Shown here piece after piece: positions 28,715 through 37,488 of a stretch of 64,000 nt of DNA; position 1 is the first letter of the stretch, and each line of letters opens with the position of its first letter. The DNA lies in contig JBDHKN010000017.1 of the NCBI GenBank assembly GCA_039586365.1, forward strand, positions 11,623-75,622, in the 5' to 3' direction. This stretch comes from Gemmatimonadota bacterium (lineage in GTDB: Bacteria > Gemmatimonadota > Gemmatimonadetes > Gemmatimonadales > GWC2-71-9). The translations under genes were made by a program, and so were the position numbers. The notes under the pieces were generated by a model. That model saw nothing but the letters and a program-made list of their open reading frames with translations. It searched no databases and was not told the DNA's origin.

Positions 28715-29836
28715 ATGGACACAGTAGCTGAACTGCTGCGGCAGTCGGGCTTTGCTAACCTGGGCCTCGGTAACCTGGCGATGTTTGTGATCGCTGGGGT
28801 CCTCATCTACCTGGCCATCACAAAACACTACGAACCCCTTCTTCTGATCCCCATCGGATTTGGCGCCATTTTGGCCAACCTGCCGTTGGCGGAAATGGGA
28901 TCGTACGGAGAAGGCATTATCAGCCTGATCTATGAGCAGGGGATCAGTACAGAGCTTTTGCCTCCTCTGATCTTTCTCGGGGTAGGCGTCCTTACCGACT
29001 TTCGCCCACTACTCGGTCGCCCGCTCACATTTCTGCTTGGTGCTGCGGCGCAGCTCGGGATATTCGTAGCCGCACTAGGGGCGGGTTACCTGCTGAACTT
29101 CAGTCCTCAGGAAGCGGCATCAATAGGGATCATCGGAGGAGCAGACGGACCAACCTCAATCTTTCTCACGGCCCAACTTGCACCTCACCTATTGGGACCG
29201 GTGGCGGTGGCAGCCTATAGCTACATGTCGCTGGTACCGATCATTCAGCCACCCATCATGCGGTTGCTCACGACGTCGGAAGAACGAGCGATTGACATGC
29301 CTCAGGCGATACCGGTGTCGCGGACGGCAGTGATACTGTTTCCGATCGTGACCGGTACTCTGGCTTCACTCGCCATTCCTTCGAGTGCTCCCCTCATCGG
29401 AATGCTCATGTTTGGCAATCTTCTTCGTGAGTGCGGAGTGACTGATCGACTACGCAAGACAGCCGGTGGATCGATGATTGACATAGTAACCATCTTTCTG
29501 GGTCTTGCAGTGGGTGCGACCATGGACGCGGAGCACTTCTTGAGCCACCGCACCATTCTGATTCTCGCTCTCGGGGCTGTAGCCTTCGCATTCAGTACCG
29601 CCGGTGGCGTTGTATTTGCCAAGGTGATGAACCTGTTTCTGAAACGGAAGATCAATCCCTGCATCGGTGCTGCAGGCGTGTCTGCAGTTCCCATGGCGGC
29701 ACGTGTGGTGCAGAAGTTCGTGTCCGACTCGACCGACGGTCGCGTGAATCCCTTGATGCCCGCCATGGGACCGAACGTGGCTGGCGTAATTGGCTCGGCA
29801 GTGGCCGCTGGAGTGTTCCTAACCCTGCTCAGTTAG
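28715..29836 (+). CDS. oadB: sodium ion-translocating decarboxylase beta subunit
   Basis: 373-aa polytopic protein with ITKHYEPLLLIPIGFGAILANLP and GIIGGADGPTSIF, characteristic of OadB/GcdB/MmdB. Confidence 0.92.
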   Translation: MDTVAELLRQSGFANLGLGNLAMFVIAGVLIYLAITKHYEPLLLIPIGFGAILANLPLAEMGSYGEGIISLIYEQGISTELLPPLIFLGVGVLTDFRPLLGRPLTFLLGAAAQLGIFVAALGAGYLLNFSPQEAASIGIIGGADGPTSIFLTAQLAPHLLGPVAVAAYSYMSLVPIIQPPIMRLLTTSEERAIDMPQAIPVSRTAVILFPIVTGTLASLAIPSSAPLIGMLMFGNLLRECGVTDRLRKTAGGSMIDIVTIFLGLAVGATMDAEHFLSHRTILILALGAVAFAFSTAGGVVFAKVMNLFLKRKINPCIGAAGVSAVPMAARVVQKFVSDSTDGRVNPLMPAMGPNVAGVIGSAVAAGVFLTLLS

Positions 29837-29858
29837 GGCTCCCACAGCCGAAGGTGCC

Positions 29859-29900
29859 ACTCCCCTTCCGACGGTAATGGGGGTCGGTATACTGGGGAGT
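29859..29900 (+). terminator. nested stem-loop just after oadB (possible terminator or processing structure, no U-tract)
   Basis: ACTCCCC (29859-65) pairs with GGGGAGT (29894-900). Inner CCGAC (29868-72) pairs with GTCGG (29883-87). Confidence 0.3.
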
Positions 29901-30065
29901 AGGTCATTCCTGCCAACCTCCAACGCATCTCCACGCACGTTGGCAACGTTTGCGGTGTGACGCTAAACCCTCCGGTGACCTTTGAGGCGACGCTGGTAGT
30001 AGCCAAGCGAGATCCCGACGGTTACGTAGTTGGATCCGCCAGCCTACGAGCCGTAGTGGCCAGTA

Positions 30066-31793
30066 ATGGAGGCAGAAATGTGGTCCGTGAAGATAGATCC
30101 CCGCAATTCGAAGGAGTACATCGCGGTATCTGAGAAGGGCCGCCCAGTGCTCCTCAATCCGTTTACGAACAAGAGCACAGCCTTTACTCAGGAAGAGAGA
30201 GACGCTCTTGGCATCGCAGGATTGGTGCCACCCGCAGTCTCCACCATCGAGCAGCAGCTGAAGCGGACGTACGAGAACTTCAGGGCATATGCAACCAACC
30301 TAGAGAAGTTCATGTTCCTGACCAGCCTGCAAGACCGTAACGAGACTCTGTTCTTTCGCCTTGTGCATGAGCACATCGATGAGATGATGCCGATCGTCTA
30401 TACGCCGGTTGTAGGAGAAGCCTGTCAGAAGTTCTCCCACATCTATAGAAGGGCCCGCGGACTATACATCAACTATGAGCAGCGGGACTTCATAGAGAGC
30501 ATCCTTCCCAATCACCCCAGACCACCTGGGGTGATTGTGGTAACAGACGGGGAGCGCATCCTGGGCCTAGGTGACCAGGGCGCCGGTGGTATGGGCATCC
30601 CGATCGGGAAGCTCTGTCTCTACACTCTGTGTGCTGGGATTCCACCACACCTTACTCTGCCAATCATGCTCGACGTAGGAACAGACAACGAAGAACGCCT
30701 GAAAGATCCGCTGTACTTGGGCTTGCGCCAGAAACGGATACGGGGGCAGGAGTACCAGGACTTCATCGACAAGTTCGTCAATGCTGTCCGGAAGGTCTAT
30801 CCGGAGGCCTTGCTGCAGTGGGAAGACTTCCTCAAGGGTAATGCGATCTACCAGCTCAAGCGGTTCCGCAATGAGTTCTGCACCTTCAACGACGACATTC
30901 AAGGGACTGCCGGTGTGGTATTGGCGGGCGTGTATAGCGGCCTTAGGATAACGGGTGCAGCGATGAAGGACCAACGCATCCTCTTTGCGGGGGCGGGAGC
31001 GTCTGCGCAAGGGATCTCTGACCTGCTCGTTTCGGCGATGCTGGAAGAAGGTCTGGCCCTGGAGGAGGCCAGGAAGCGGATTTGGACAGTCGACAGCCGT
31101 GGACTCGTAACGGAAGATCGCGCTGGTCTTGAAGACTTTAAGGCAACGTACGCACGGGGTGTGGAAGAAGTGGCGGCGTACAAGTGCCAAGATTCTTTAC
31201 GGATTACGCTAGAGGAATCCGTGCTAAATGCGAAACCGACCATACTGATTGGCACGTCCGGAACGTCCGGAATGTTCACCGAATCCGTCGTGCGCGCGAT
31301 GACCGATATCAACGGGAGGCCCATGATCTTCCCGCTATCCAATCCCACAAGCAAGAGCGAATGCACTGCGGAGCAAGCGGTGCACTGGTCTGATGGGAAG
31401 GCAATAGTGGCCACCGGGAGCCCATTCGAGCCGGTCGAGTACAATGGGAAGCGGTACCGTATCGGTCAGGGGAACAATGCATTCATCTTCCCTGGCGTCG
31501 GTCTCGGCGTATGGGTGGGACAGGTCAAGCGTATCACTGACGGGATGTTCCTGGATGCAGCCAAGGCTCTGGCGAGCCAAGTAAAGGACGAGGACCTGGC
31601 TGCGATGGCAGTGTACCCGGAACTGACGCGAATCCGCGAATGCTCCCACTCAGTGGCGTGTGCCGTTATTCGCCGCGCCGTGGCAGAGGGACATGCTAGG
31701 GAGGAGGTCTTGGAAGATCTCGAGAGCACGGTCGAGAAGGCAATGTGGTTCCCAGCGTACCGTCCGGTGCGGTACGAACCTCGCTCCTGGTAG
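30066..31793 (+). CDS. maeA: NAD(P)-dependent malic enzyme (large ~570-aa class)
   Basis: FTNKSTAFTQEERDALGIAGLVPP, VVTDGERILGLGDQGAGGMGIPIGK, FNDDIQGTAGV, GAGASAQGI. Confidence 0.93.
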   Translation: MEAEMWSVKIDPRNSKEYIAVSEKGRPVLLNPFTNKSTAFTQEERDALGIAGLVPPAVSTIEQQLKRTYENFRAYATNLEKFMFLTSLQDRNETLFFRLVHEHIDEMMPIVYTPVVGEACQKFSHIYRRARGLYINYEQRDFIESILPNHPRPPGVIVVTDGERILGLGDQGAGGMGIPIGKLCLYTLCAGIPPHLTLPIMLDVGTDNEERLKDPLYLGLRQKRIRGQEYQDFIDKFVNAVRKVYPEALLQWEDFLKGNAIYQLKRFRNEFCTFNDDIQGTAGVVLAGVYSGLRITGAAMKDQRILFAGAGASAQGISDLLVSAMLEEGLALEEARKRIWTVDSRGLVTEDRAGLEDFKATYARGVEEVAAYKCQDSLRITLEESVLNAKPTILIGTSGTSGMFTESVVRAMTDINGRPMIFPLSNPTSKSECTAEQAVHWSDGKAIVATGSPFEPVEYNGKRYRIGQGNNAFIFPGVGLGVWVGQVKRITDGMFLDAAKALASQVKDEDLAAMAVYPELTRIRECSHSVACAVIRRAVAEGHAREEVLEDLESTVEKAMWFPAYRPVRYEPRSW

Positions 31794-31816
31794 AGCCGGG
31801 TAGGGGTGATTTCTTG

Positions 31817-31850
31817 GGGGGCGCTTTTGTCCTGCCCCCTCCTTTCTTTC
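31817..31850 (+). terminator. candidate intrinsic terminator after the malic enzyme gene
   Basis: GGGGGC (31817-22) pairs with GCCCCC (31834-39), followed by TCCTTTCTTTCC. Lies between convergent genes. Confidence 0.45.
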
Positions 31851-31864
31851 CGCGCAGAGTATTC

Positions 31865-32557
31865 TCAGGATATAGCCCACAGTGCTGCCCTGCGAGCGTG
31901 GATCTCAGTGGTGTCAAACAGTGGCACGGGACTGTCCTCTTGCTTCACTAGCAGCGAAAGCTCGGTGCAACCCAAGATAGTTCCCTCGGCGCCCCTGCTA
32001 GCCAAATCCCTGATGATCTCTGCGAACTGGGTCCGGGACTCGTTGTTGATGTTCCCAGCACAGAGTTCCTCATAGATGACTCGATGTATCATCTCGCGTT
32101 GGTGCTTGTCAGGTATCAAGACTTTCAAGCCGTGCATGTCGCTCAGCCGATCCCTGTAGAACGCCTGCTCCATGGTGAACTTCGTGCCCAGCAGCCCGAT
32201 TCCATGAATACCAGATTCCCTCACACTGCTCGCAACCGCATCAGCAATGTGGAGTACAGGGATCTCGATGGCTCTCTGAATTGCGTCGGCCACTCGATGC
32301 ATGGTGTTTGTGCACAGAACGAGGCAGTCAGCACCTGCTGCCTGGAGGGATCGGGCGGCTTGGGCGAGAATGCTCCCGGTCTTGTCCCACGCACCTGCGT
32401 GCTGCAGTTGCTCTATCTCATGGAAATCAACGCTGTGCAGCACGATCTTGGCCGAGTGTAGACCTCCCAATTGGCCATTGATCGTGCGGTTTATGATCTG
32501 GTAGTAAGAGACCGTCGATTCCCAACTCATGCCGCCGAGTAGGCCAATTGTCTTCAC
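31865..32557 (-). CDS. aspartate/glutamate racemase family protein (aspartate racemase-like)
   Basis: IGLLGGMSWEST, with the two catalytic-Cys contexts LVLCTNTMH and ILGCTELSLL. Confidence 0.85.
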   Translation of the reverse strand: MKTIGLLGGMSWESTVSYYQIINRTINGQLGGLHSAKIVLHSVDFHEIEQLQHAGAWDKTGSILAQAARSLQAAGADCLVLCTNTMHRVADAIQRAIEIPVLHIADAVASSVRESGIHGIGLLGTKFTMEQAFYRDRLSDMHGLKVLIPDKHQREMIHRVIYEELCAGNINNESRTQFAEIIRDLASRGAEGTILGCTELSLLVKQEDSPVPLFDTTEIHARRAALWAIS

Positions 32558-32632
32558 CGGACTGCTCCTGTGGTCTGTGACTGTGACGAGGATCCGACCG
32601 CCGCTCGGTTGCGCTGGTCAGGTCCCAGTGGA

Positions 32633-33883
32633 CTACTCGCCAGGGAATCTCGTGACGTGAACGGGCTCCTCCAAAAACATCGCGTGGAGCGTGTCACCCT
32701 CACGTACGTCCAGGTGATCTTCTGGCACGAGGATCAGCGCGTTCGCCTTTGCCATCGAGGTGAGGATGCCGGATCCTTGCCCTCCGGTTAGTCTCGCGAC
32801 CAGATGCCCGTTGACCTGTTCGACGACAGCCCGTAGAAAATGATGCAGCGGTGCTCGCAGACTTGTGCGCTCACCCATTCGAACGGGGACTGTCCTACGA
32901 AACGGGTGATCGTGACCCAGCATTGTGCGAATCACGGGACGAACGAATAGCTCGAAGGTGACCATTGTGCTCACTGGATTGCCTGGGAGCCCGATCCACG
33001 GTTTCCCTCGCAGCAGGCCAAAGGCTATCGGGCCGCCCGGCCTCATTCGGACACGCCAGAATCGCATTTCGCCACCTTGTTCCTCGACCACCTGTCGGAG
33101 GTAGTCGTGTTCACCGACGCTTACTCCACCGGAAGTAACCAGCAGATCCACTTCCCTCACCGCGTCCAGCCTGTCCCTCAGATCCTGGGGTTCGTCCTGC
33201 CCGATGCCGAGGTCGACAGCTACCCCTCCCGTCGCTTTGACCATCGCAGCCAAGGTGTAGGAATTGGATGAGGCGATCTTTCGCCCGTCCAGTATCGCCT
33301 GTCGCTCGCTCAGGTCAGCAAGCTCGTTCCCTGTTGCGAGGATACCCACCAGTGGTTTTCGGTGGACCCGCACTTGTTCCGTTGCGAAGGACGCCAAAAC
33401 CCCGATCTGGGCAGCCCCCAATTGGGTACCGGCTACCAGCACGAGGGAGCCGCGCTGGATGTCTTCACCGCGCTGTCTGACGTTCTGTTTGGCGTCGCGA
33501 TCGTCATCGATCTGTATGGCCCCGGCCTCAAGTTCGCTGGTGTCTTCCTGGCGAATGACCGAATCGGACCCCTCGGGGATGGGAGCCCCAGTGAAGATCC
33601 TGGAACACTGACCGAACCCCACCACCTTCGTGGGGACAGCGCCGGCTGCGATTCGATCCACCACCACCAACTTCACCGGGCAACAGCCCAGGACATCGCT
33701 ACTTCGAACGGCATAGCCGTCCATGGCGGCGTTGTCCCAATGCGGTAGGTCAATAGGGCTGGTGATTGCGTCTGCGAGAACCCGACCCAAGGCGTCGGCC
33801 AGGGGTACAGCCTCTGGCGGCAGAACTCGTACAGTGCTGAGGATGTTGTGGGCGGCTTCAGCTGGCGTCAGCTTATAGAGCAT
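32633..33883 (-). CDS. moeA: molybdopterin molybdotransferase
   Basis: 416 aa. PHWDNAAMDGYAV, LATGNEL, LVTSGGVSVGEHDY and GLPGNPVS, typical MoeA/gephyrin-E motifs. Confidence 0.92.
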   Translation of the reverse strand: MLYKLTPAEAAHNILSTVRVLPPEAVPLADALGRVLADAITSPIDLPHWDNAAMDGYAVRSSDVLGCCPVKLVVVDRIAAGAVPTKVVGFGQCSRIFTGAPIPEGSDSVIRQEDTSELEAGAIQIDDDRDAKQNVRQRGEDIQRGSLVLVAGTQLGAAQIGVLASFATEQVRVHRKPLVGILATGNELADLSERQAILDGRKIASSNSYTLAAMVKATGGVAVDLGIGQDEPQDLRDRLDAVREVDLLVTSGGVSVGEHDYLRQVVEEQGGEMRFWRVRMRPGGPIAFGLLRGKPWIGLPGNPVSTMVTFELFVRPVIRTMLGHDHPFRRTVPVRMGERTSLRAPLHHFLRAVVEQVNGHLVARLTGGQGSGILTSMAKANALILVPEDHLDVREGDTLHAMFLEEPVHVTRFPGE

Positions 33884-33895
33884 GGTGCCGGAACC

Positions 33896-34504
33896 CTAGT
33901 GATCGACCAGGCTACGCCACAACTCCTGTGCCTTCGTGAGATCCGTGGGTGTGTTGATGTTGAACAGAATGGTCTCAGGATCTCCGTAGCGCTCCACTTC
34001 CTCCCGTGATAGAGTGCCCAGGTTGACGGAATCAAGAAACCCTGACGCTCTGAAATCCTCGTCCGCGAGGTGCTCTCGGATCGCAACCAAGCAGCTGGGT
34101 TTGTACACGGCACAAAGCGGTTCCAGGCGGTTCTTCGGACCGCTACTCTCAGGAAGGAACGCATCGTAGCCATCCGAGCGCTTCACCAGCTCCGCCAGTA
34201 GCTCGACTGGGACGAAAGGCATATCCCAAGCCAACACGAGAACGGGTGCCTCGGAAGCACTCAGCGCCGTATAGATACCGCCAAGGCTGCCGCAGTTGCG
34301 GATCGCATCCCGGATCACCCTGAGATCCGGTCGCCAATCCGATGCCTCGGCTGCGTTTGCTATGAGCAGCGGTGACGTCTCAGTGACTGCTGCTAGGGCG
34401 AGTGCAACGCGGTCGAGGATTCTCTCGCCCCCCACTTGCTCCAAACCCTTCGGCCGGCCACCGAAGCGACTCGCTGTGCCGCCGGCTAGTATCGCTCCGC
34501 GCAC
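33896..34504 (-). CDS. mobA: molybdenum cofactor guanylyltransferase
   Basis: GAILAGGTASRFGGRPKGL N-terminal motif. GTG 34504 (or TTG 34510) chosen because the ORF-track start 34651 would overlap queD by 92 nt. Confidence 0.85.
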   Translation of the reverse strand: MRGAILAGGTASRFGGRPKGLEQVGGERILDRVALALAAVTETSPLLIANAAEASDWRPDLRVIRDAIRNCGSLGGIYTALSASEAPVLVLAWDMPFVPVELLAELVKRSDGYDAFLPESSGPKNRLEPLCAVYKPSCLVAIREHLADEDFRASGFLDSVNLGTLSREEVERYGDPETILFNINTPTDLTKAQELWRSLVDH

Positions 34505-34559
34505 GTGCAAGCCACCTCCAGCTGAGTTGCTGATATCGTGCCAATGTGAAACGGTTGGT

Positions 34560-34985
34560 TCACGGCTCGCCGCTGTACTCCGCGTAGAGTGCAGGGTCCT
34601 CGTGAACGCGAACTCGCGTGAGTCGGACCCCCTCCGGGAGTCTGGGTGCAATTCGCCTCCAGATGTAGACGGCTAGGGCTTCCGAGGTGGGGACCCGGGC
34701 ACCAAACGCGAACTCAGGGACGTCGTAGTTGATGTGGTGGTGATCGAGTCGTTCCATCACCTCTTCACGCAGGATACCATCTAATTCACCGAGATCCATG
34801 ACCATCGACGTGTCGGCGTCCGGTTGCCCCGAAACAGTGATGTGGCATTCGTACGAGTGTCCATGCCCGTGCTCGTTAGCGCACTTGCCGAATGCCTCGA
34901 CGTTTCGCTCCGAGGACCACTCCGGACGGTAGTATCGATGGGCGGCGGCAAAAGACACCACCCTTGTCAGCTGAACAGTGGCCAC
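34560..34985 (-). CDS. queD: 6-carboxy-5,6,7,8-tetrahydropterin synthase (PTPS family)
   Basis: FAAAHRY..., KCANEHGHGHSY (CxxxHGH), LDHHHINYDVPEF. 141 aa. Confidence 0.85.
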   Translation of the reverse strand: MATVQLTRVVSFAAAHRYYRPEWSSERNVEAFGKCANEHGHGHSYECHITVSGQPDADTSMVMDLGELDGILREEVMERLDHHHINYDVPEFAFGARVPTSEALAVYIWRRIAPRLPEGVRLTRVRVHEDPALYAEYSGEP

Positions 34986-35115
34986 GCTACCAATTTACGA
35001 AAGAGTCTGCCGGCCTGCACCACCACAACCTGTGTTGCGCGTCAACCGGCACGGTGCGCTGGATTCATGAACTGTCGTGCCGACAGTCGGTGGTCACTGT
35101 TCCGAATGGTTGGTC

Positions 35116-35811
35116 CTATGACCCGAGGGCGAAAGCCAGCCCGAAGGTGAGTACGAGATGATGGATCCATTCAGACTCATCATGGATTTGAGGATCCAAC
35201 ACGGGAGCTATGTCCGAGGCTGGGGCTTCTAGAAACGAAAGGGGGTAGCTGAGACGCCATATGACGTCTCGTGCCTCCAGCTTGAGAGAGAGCCGGTCGG
35301 AGGGATGTAGCCGGATGCCGACTTGGGGCCCTGTGTGAAACTGGATGGCGAACTTGAATCCAGTGATATCCTGCTTCACGTCCGAGCCAAAGACCAACCC
35401 CAGGTTGCCGCCGACGTATGGTATCAGACCGTGCCAGGTCTTCTGACCAGTGAGAAGTAGATTGGCACCGACGCCGGCGAACAGCAGGGTCTGGTTTGCA
35501 GCACCGATTACTCGGGTTTCCGGGACCGAGTTCCGGTCGATCAACGTACGCTTCAGTCTTGCCACACTGAGGTCGAGAAACGCGTCGGCCGGACCACCCA
35601 TCTTGATACTCGCCTGGAGCCCTGCGAGGGGGCCGTCCGTCGGGCCAACTCCCGCCGAACCGGCTGGGCCGCTTAGATACCCGCCGGTGAATGACAGCCA
35701 TTTCGTGGCCCGCAGACTCCTATAGGGGGACGATTCGGGAGTGTGACCAACCTGTGCACACAGCTCCCCAAAACCGAAGGTGGGTGATAAGAGCATGGCA
35801 GCCATTATCAT
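35116..35811 (-). CDS. hypothetical secreted protein, possible small outer-membrane beta-barrel
   Basis: ATG 35811 gives the signal peptide MIMAAMLLSPTFGFGELCAQ. Alternating-hydrophobic strands and a C-terminal ...LTFGLAFALGS. Fold is inferred only. Confidence 0.45.
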   Translation of the reverse strand: MIMAAMLLSPTFGFGELCAQVGHTPESSPYRSLRATKWLSFTGGYLSGPAGSAGVGPTDGPLAGLQASIKMGGPADAFLDLSVARLKRTLIDRNSVPETRVIGAANQTLLFAGVGANLLLTGQKTWHGLIPYVGGNLGLVFGSDVKQDITGFKFAIQFHTGPQVGIRLHPSDRLSLKLEARDVIWRLSYPLSFLEAPASDIAPVLDPQIHDESEWIHHLVLTFGLAFALGS

Positions 35812-35885
35812 ATGTTTCAGTCTGCCACTAGCTCGGTTTGACATCCGGCCCGCCTGCTCCTAGTATGCGGAATTTGAGATCAAGA

Positions 35886-36911
35886 ATGAGGCAATCTAGC
35901 CGCCTCCGCGGTTCGCAACCAGTCCGCTTCATGGCGCTCGCGTTTGGAGCAGGGGTTCTCACTGCTCCTCTGCAGGCGCAGGAGCTGTACCGGGTGGTGC
36001 GCTCGGAAAACTTTCGGCGCGCAGCTTCGGCCACCGCCCCCATTTTAGCCCGCGTGTCGCCGGGTTCCCAGGTCCAAGCCCACCCGTCGCAGATTGAGTG
36101 GCTCCAAGTCCAACTTGAGGGTTGGGTCTGGTCGGCATCCGTGCGGTCGACTACGCGCGACGGCTATGACCTCGAAGTAATGGAAGAGGGTGGCGAGAAC
36201 CTCCGCAGTACGCCCAATGGAGCAATCCTGGCCCGGTTGTCCCAAGGAACACTGTTGGAACAGACGGACCGCGAGGATAATTGGATTCGGGTCCGGCGCT
36301 CCGGCTGGATGTGGGCGGCTTCTCTCGAGCGACTCAGAGAGCAGGATACGAGGTCGACGGACGCTGGAGCGCCGCCGATTGGGGCCGATTCGGGGGCACG
36401 GCTGGACCGTGCCGTGCTGTCGCATGCCGCTCCGATGGTCAGAGTGCTGCAAGGTGAGGAATCAGCCACATTGGTCGAAGGCACTCCCGTGAAGATCTTG
36501 GCTCGCTCGGGCGAGTGGGTGCGGGTGCAACTGGAGGGGTGGGTGAGGGAGTCAGACTTGAGACCTGCTGCAGCCGGCGTGCTGGAGGGGGTCACCGGTG
36601 CCGAGGTGCGTGCAAGCCCGGCGGAGTATGAGGGTAAGCTCCTGCAGTGGACTGTGCAGTTTCTAGCCATCCAGGAAGCTGACGAACTCCGCAGCGAAAT
36701 ACCGTTGGGGCAGCGATACATGTTGGCGCGCGGGCCGTTGCCGGAAGCAGGCTTTGTGTATGTGATCCTTCCCCCCGACAGGATTGCTGAGGTCGAACGA
36801 CTGGCACCCATTGCACAGGTTGTCATCATCGGACGCCTACGCGTAGCGCGTTCCCGGTACCTGGGCAACCCGGTGGTTGAGTTGGTGGATCTGGCGGTTC
36901 GTCAACCGTGA
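35886..36911 (+). CDS. secreted protein with three bacterial SH3-like repeats
   Basis: Signal peptide ...FMALAFGAGVLTAPLQAQ. There are three similar units: NFRRAASATAPILARVSPGSQV..WLQVQLEGWVW, NLRSTPNGAILARLSQGTLL..WIRVRRSGWMW, and ATLVEGTPVKILARSGEWVRVQLEGWV. Confidence 0.6.
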   Translation: MRQSSRLRGSQPVRFMALAFGAGVLTAPLQAQELYRVVRSENFRRAASATAPILARVSPGSQVQAHPSQIEWLQVQLEGWVWSASVRSTTRDGYDLEVMEEGGENLRSTPNGAILARLSQGTLLEQTDREDNWIRVRRSGWMWAASLERLREQDTRSTDAGAPPIGADSGARLDRAVLSHAAPMVRVLQGEESATLVEGTPVKILARSGEWVRVQLEGWVRESDLRPAAAGVLEGVTGAEVRASPAEYEGKLLQWTVQFLAIQEADELRSEIPLGQRYMLARGPLPEAGFVYVILPPDRIAEVERLAPIAQVVIIGRLRVARSRYLGNPVVELVDLAVRQP

Positions 36912-36921
36912 GGTAGTCGCC

Positions 36922-37362
36922 ATGGACGAGTTGTTGAAGGGTAGAATCGCAGAGAAGCTTGAGGGACTGTCTGATGAGAATGCACGGCAGCTCTTGGACT
37001 ACATCGAGTTTCTCGAGTCCAAACAAAACCGTAGCTCCCGCGAGGCAACGCCGCTGGAACGGCTGGCCGAGAACGTCGAGGGTACCCTCAAAGGGAGCCG
37101 GATCGGCGGTGCCGCCGTAAAGGGGACCGCCCAAATCGTTGAAGCCGCCGGTAGCCTGATGCGTGGGTTTGCGGCTGCGGGTAAAGCTGTAGTCGATGAG
37201 TTCCAGAAGCTGGAGGAGGAGCTTGCCACCTCGGCCAAAGCTGAGGAGGCAGGATCGGGAACCGCAACCGGGGGGCACGACGCTGGGCCGCAGGGGGAAG
37301 AACCCGGTGAATTGGACTCGAGTGACGAGACCAGCGCTGAGGCAGACGTCGAAGGCAAATAG
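36922..37362 (+). CDS. hypothetical protein with acidic C-terminal tail
   Basis: ATG 36922. Helical N-terminus MDELLKGRIAEKLEGLSDENARQLLDYIEFLESK (reminiscent of DUF2281-type domains), then a Gly/Ala segment and an acidic tail. Confidence 0.4.
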   Translation: MDELLKGRIAEKLEGLSDENARQLLDYIEFLESKQNRSSREATPLERLAENVEGTLKGSRIGGAAVKGTAQIVEAAGSLMRGFAAAGKAVVDEFQKLEEELATSAKAEEAGSGTATGGHDAGPQGEEPGELDSSDETSAEADVEGK

Positions 37363-37488
37363 TGGTGAGGTAGTGCCGAAACCTGCTTGACCCGGGCGTG
37401 GCCGCACGGCTACCTTGGGCTATGGAAGACCTCAATCGCAATGCTAGCACCCGCCCTGCGCTCGCGCGAGGCGGGTGTTCACGTTTCA

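Noticed and set aside
34505-34651. An N-terminal extension of the mobA ORF overlapping queD by 92 nt.
   Set aside because: The extension has no MobA similarity. The conserved AILAGG motif follows an internal GTG/TTG immediately.
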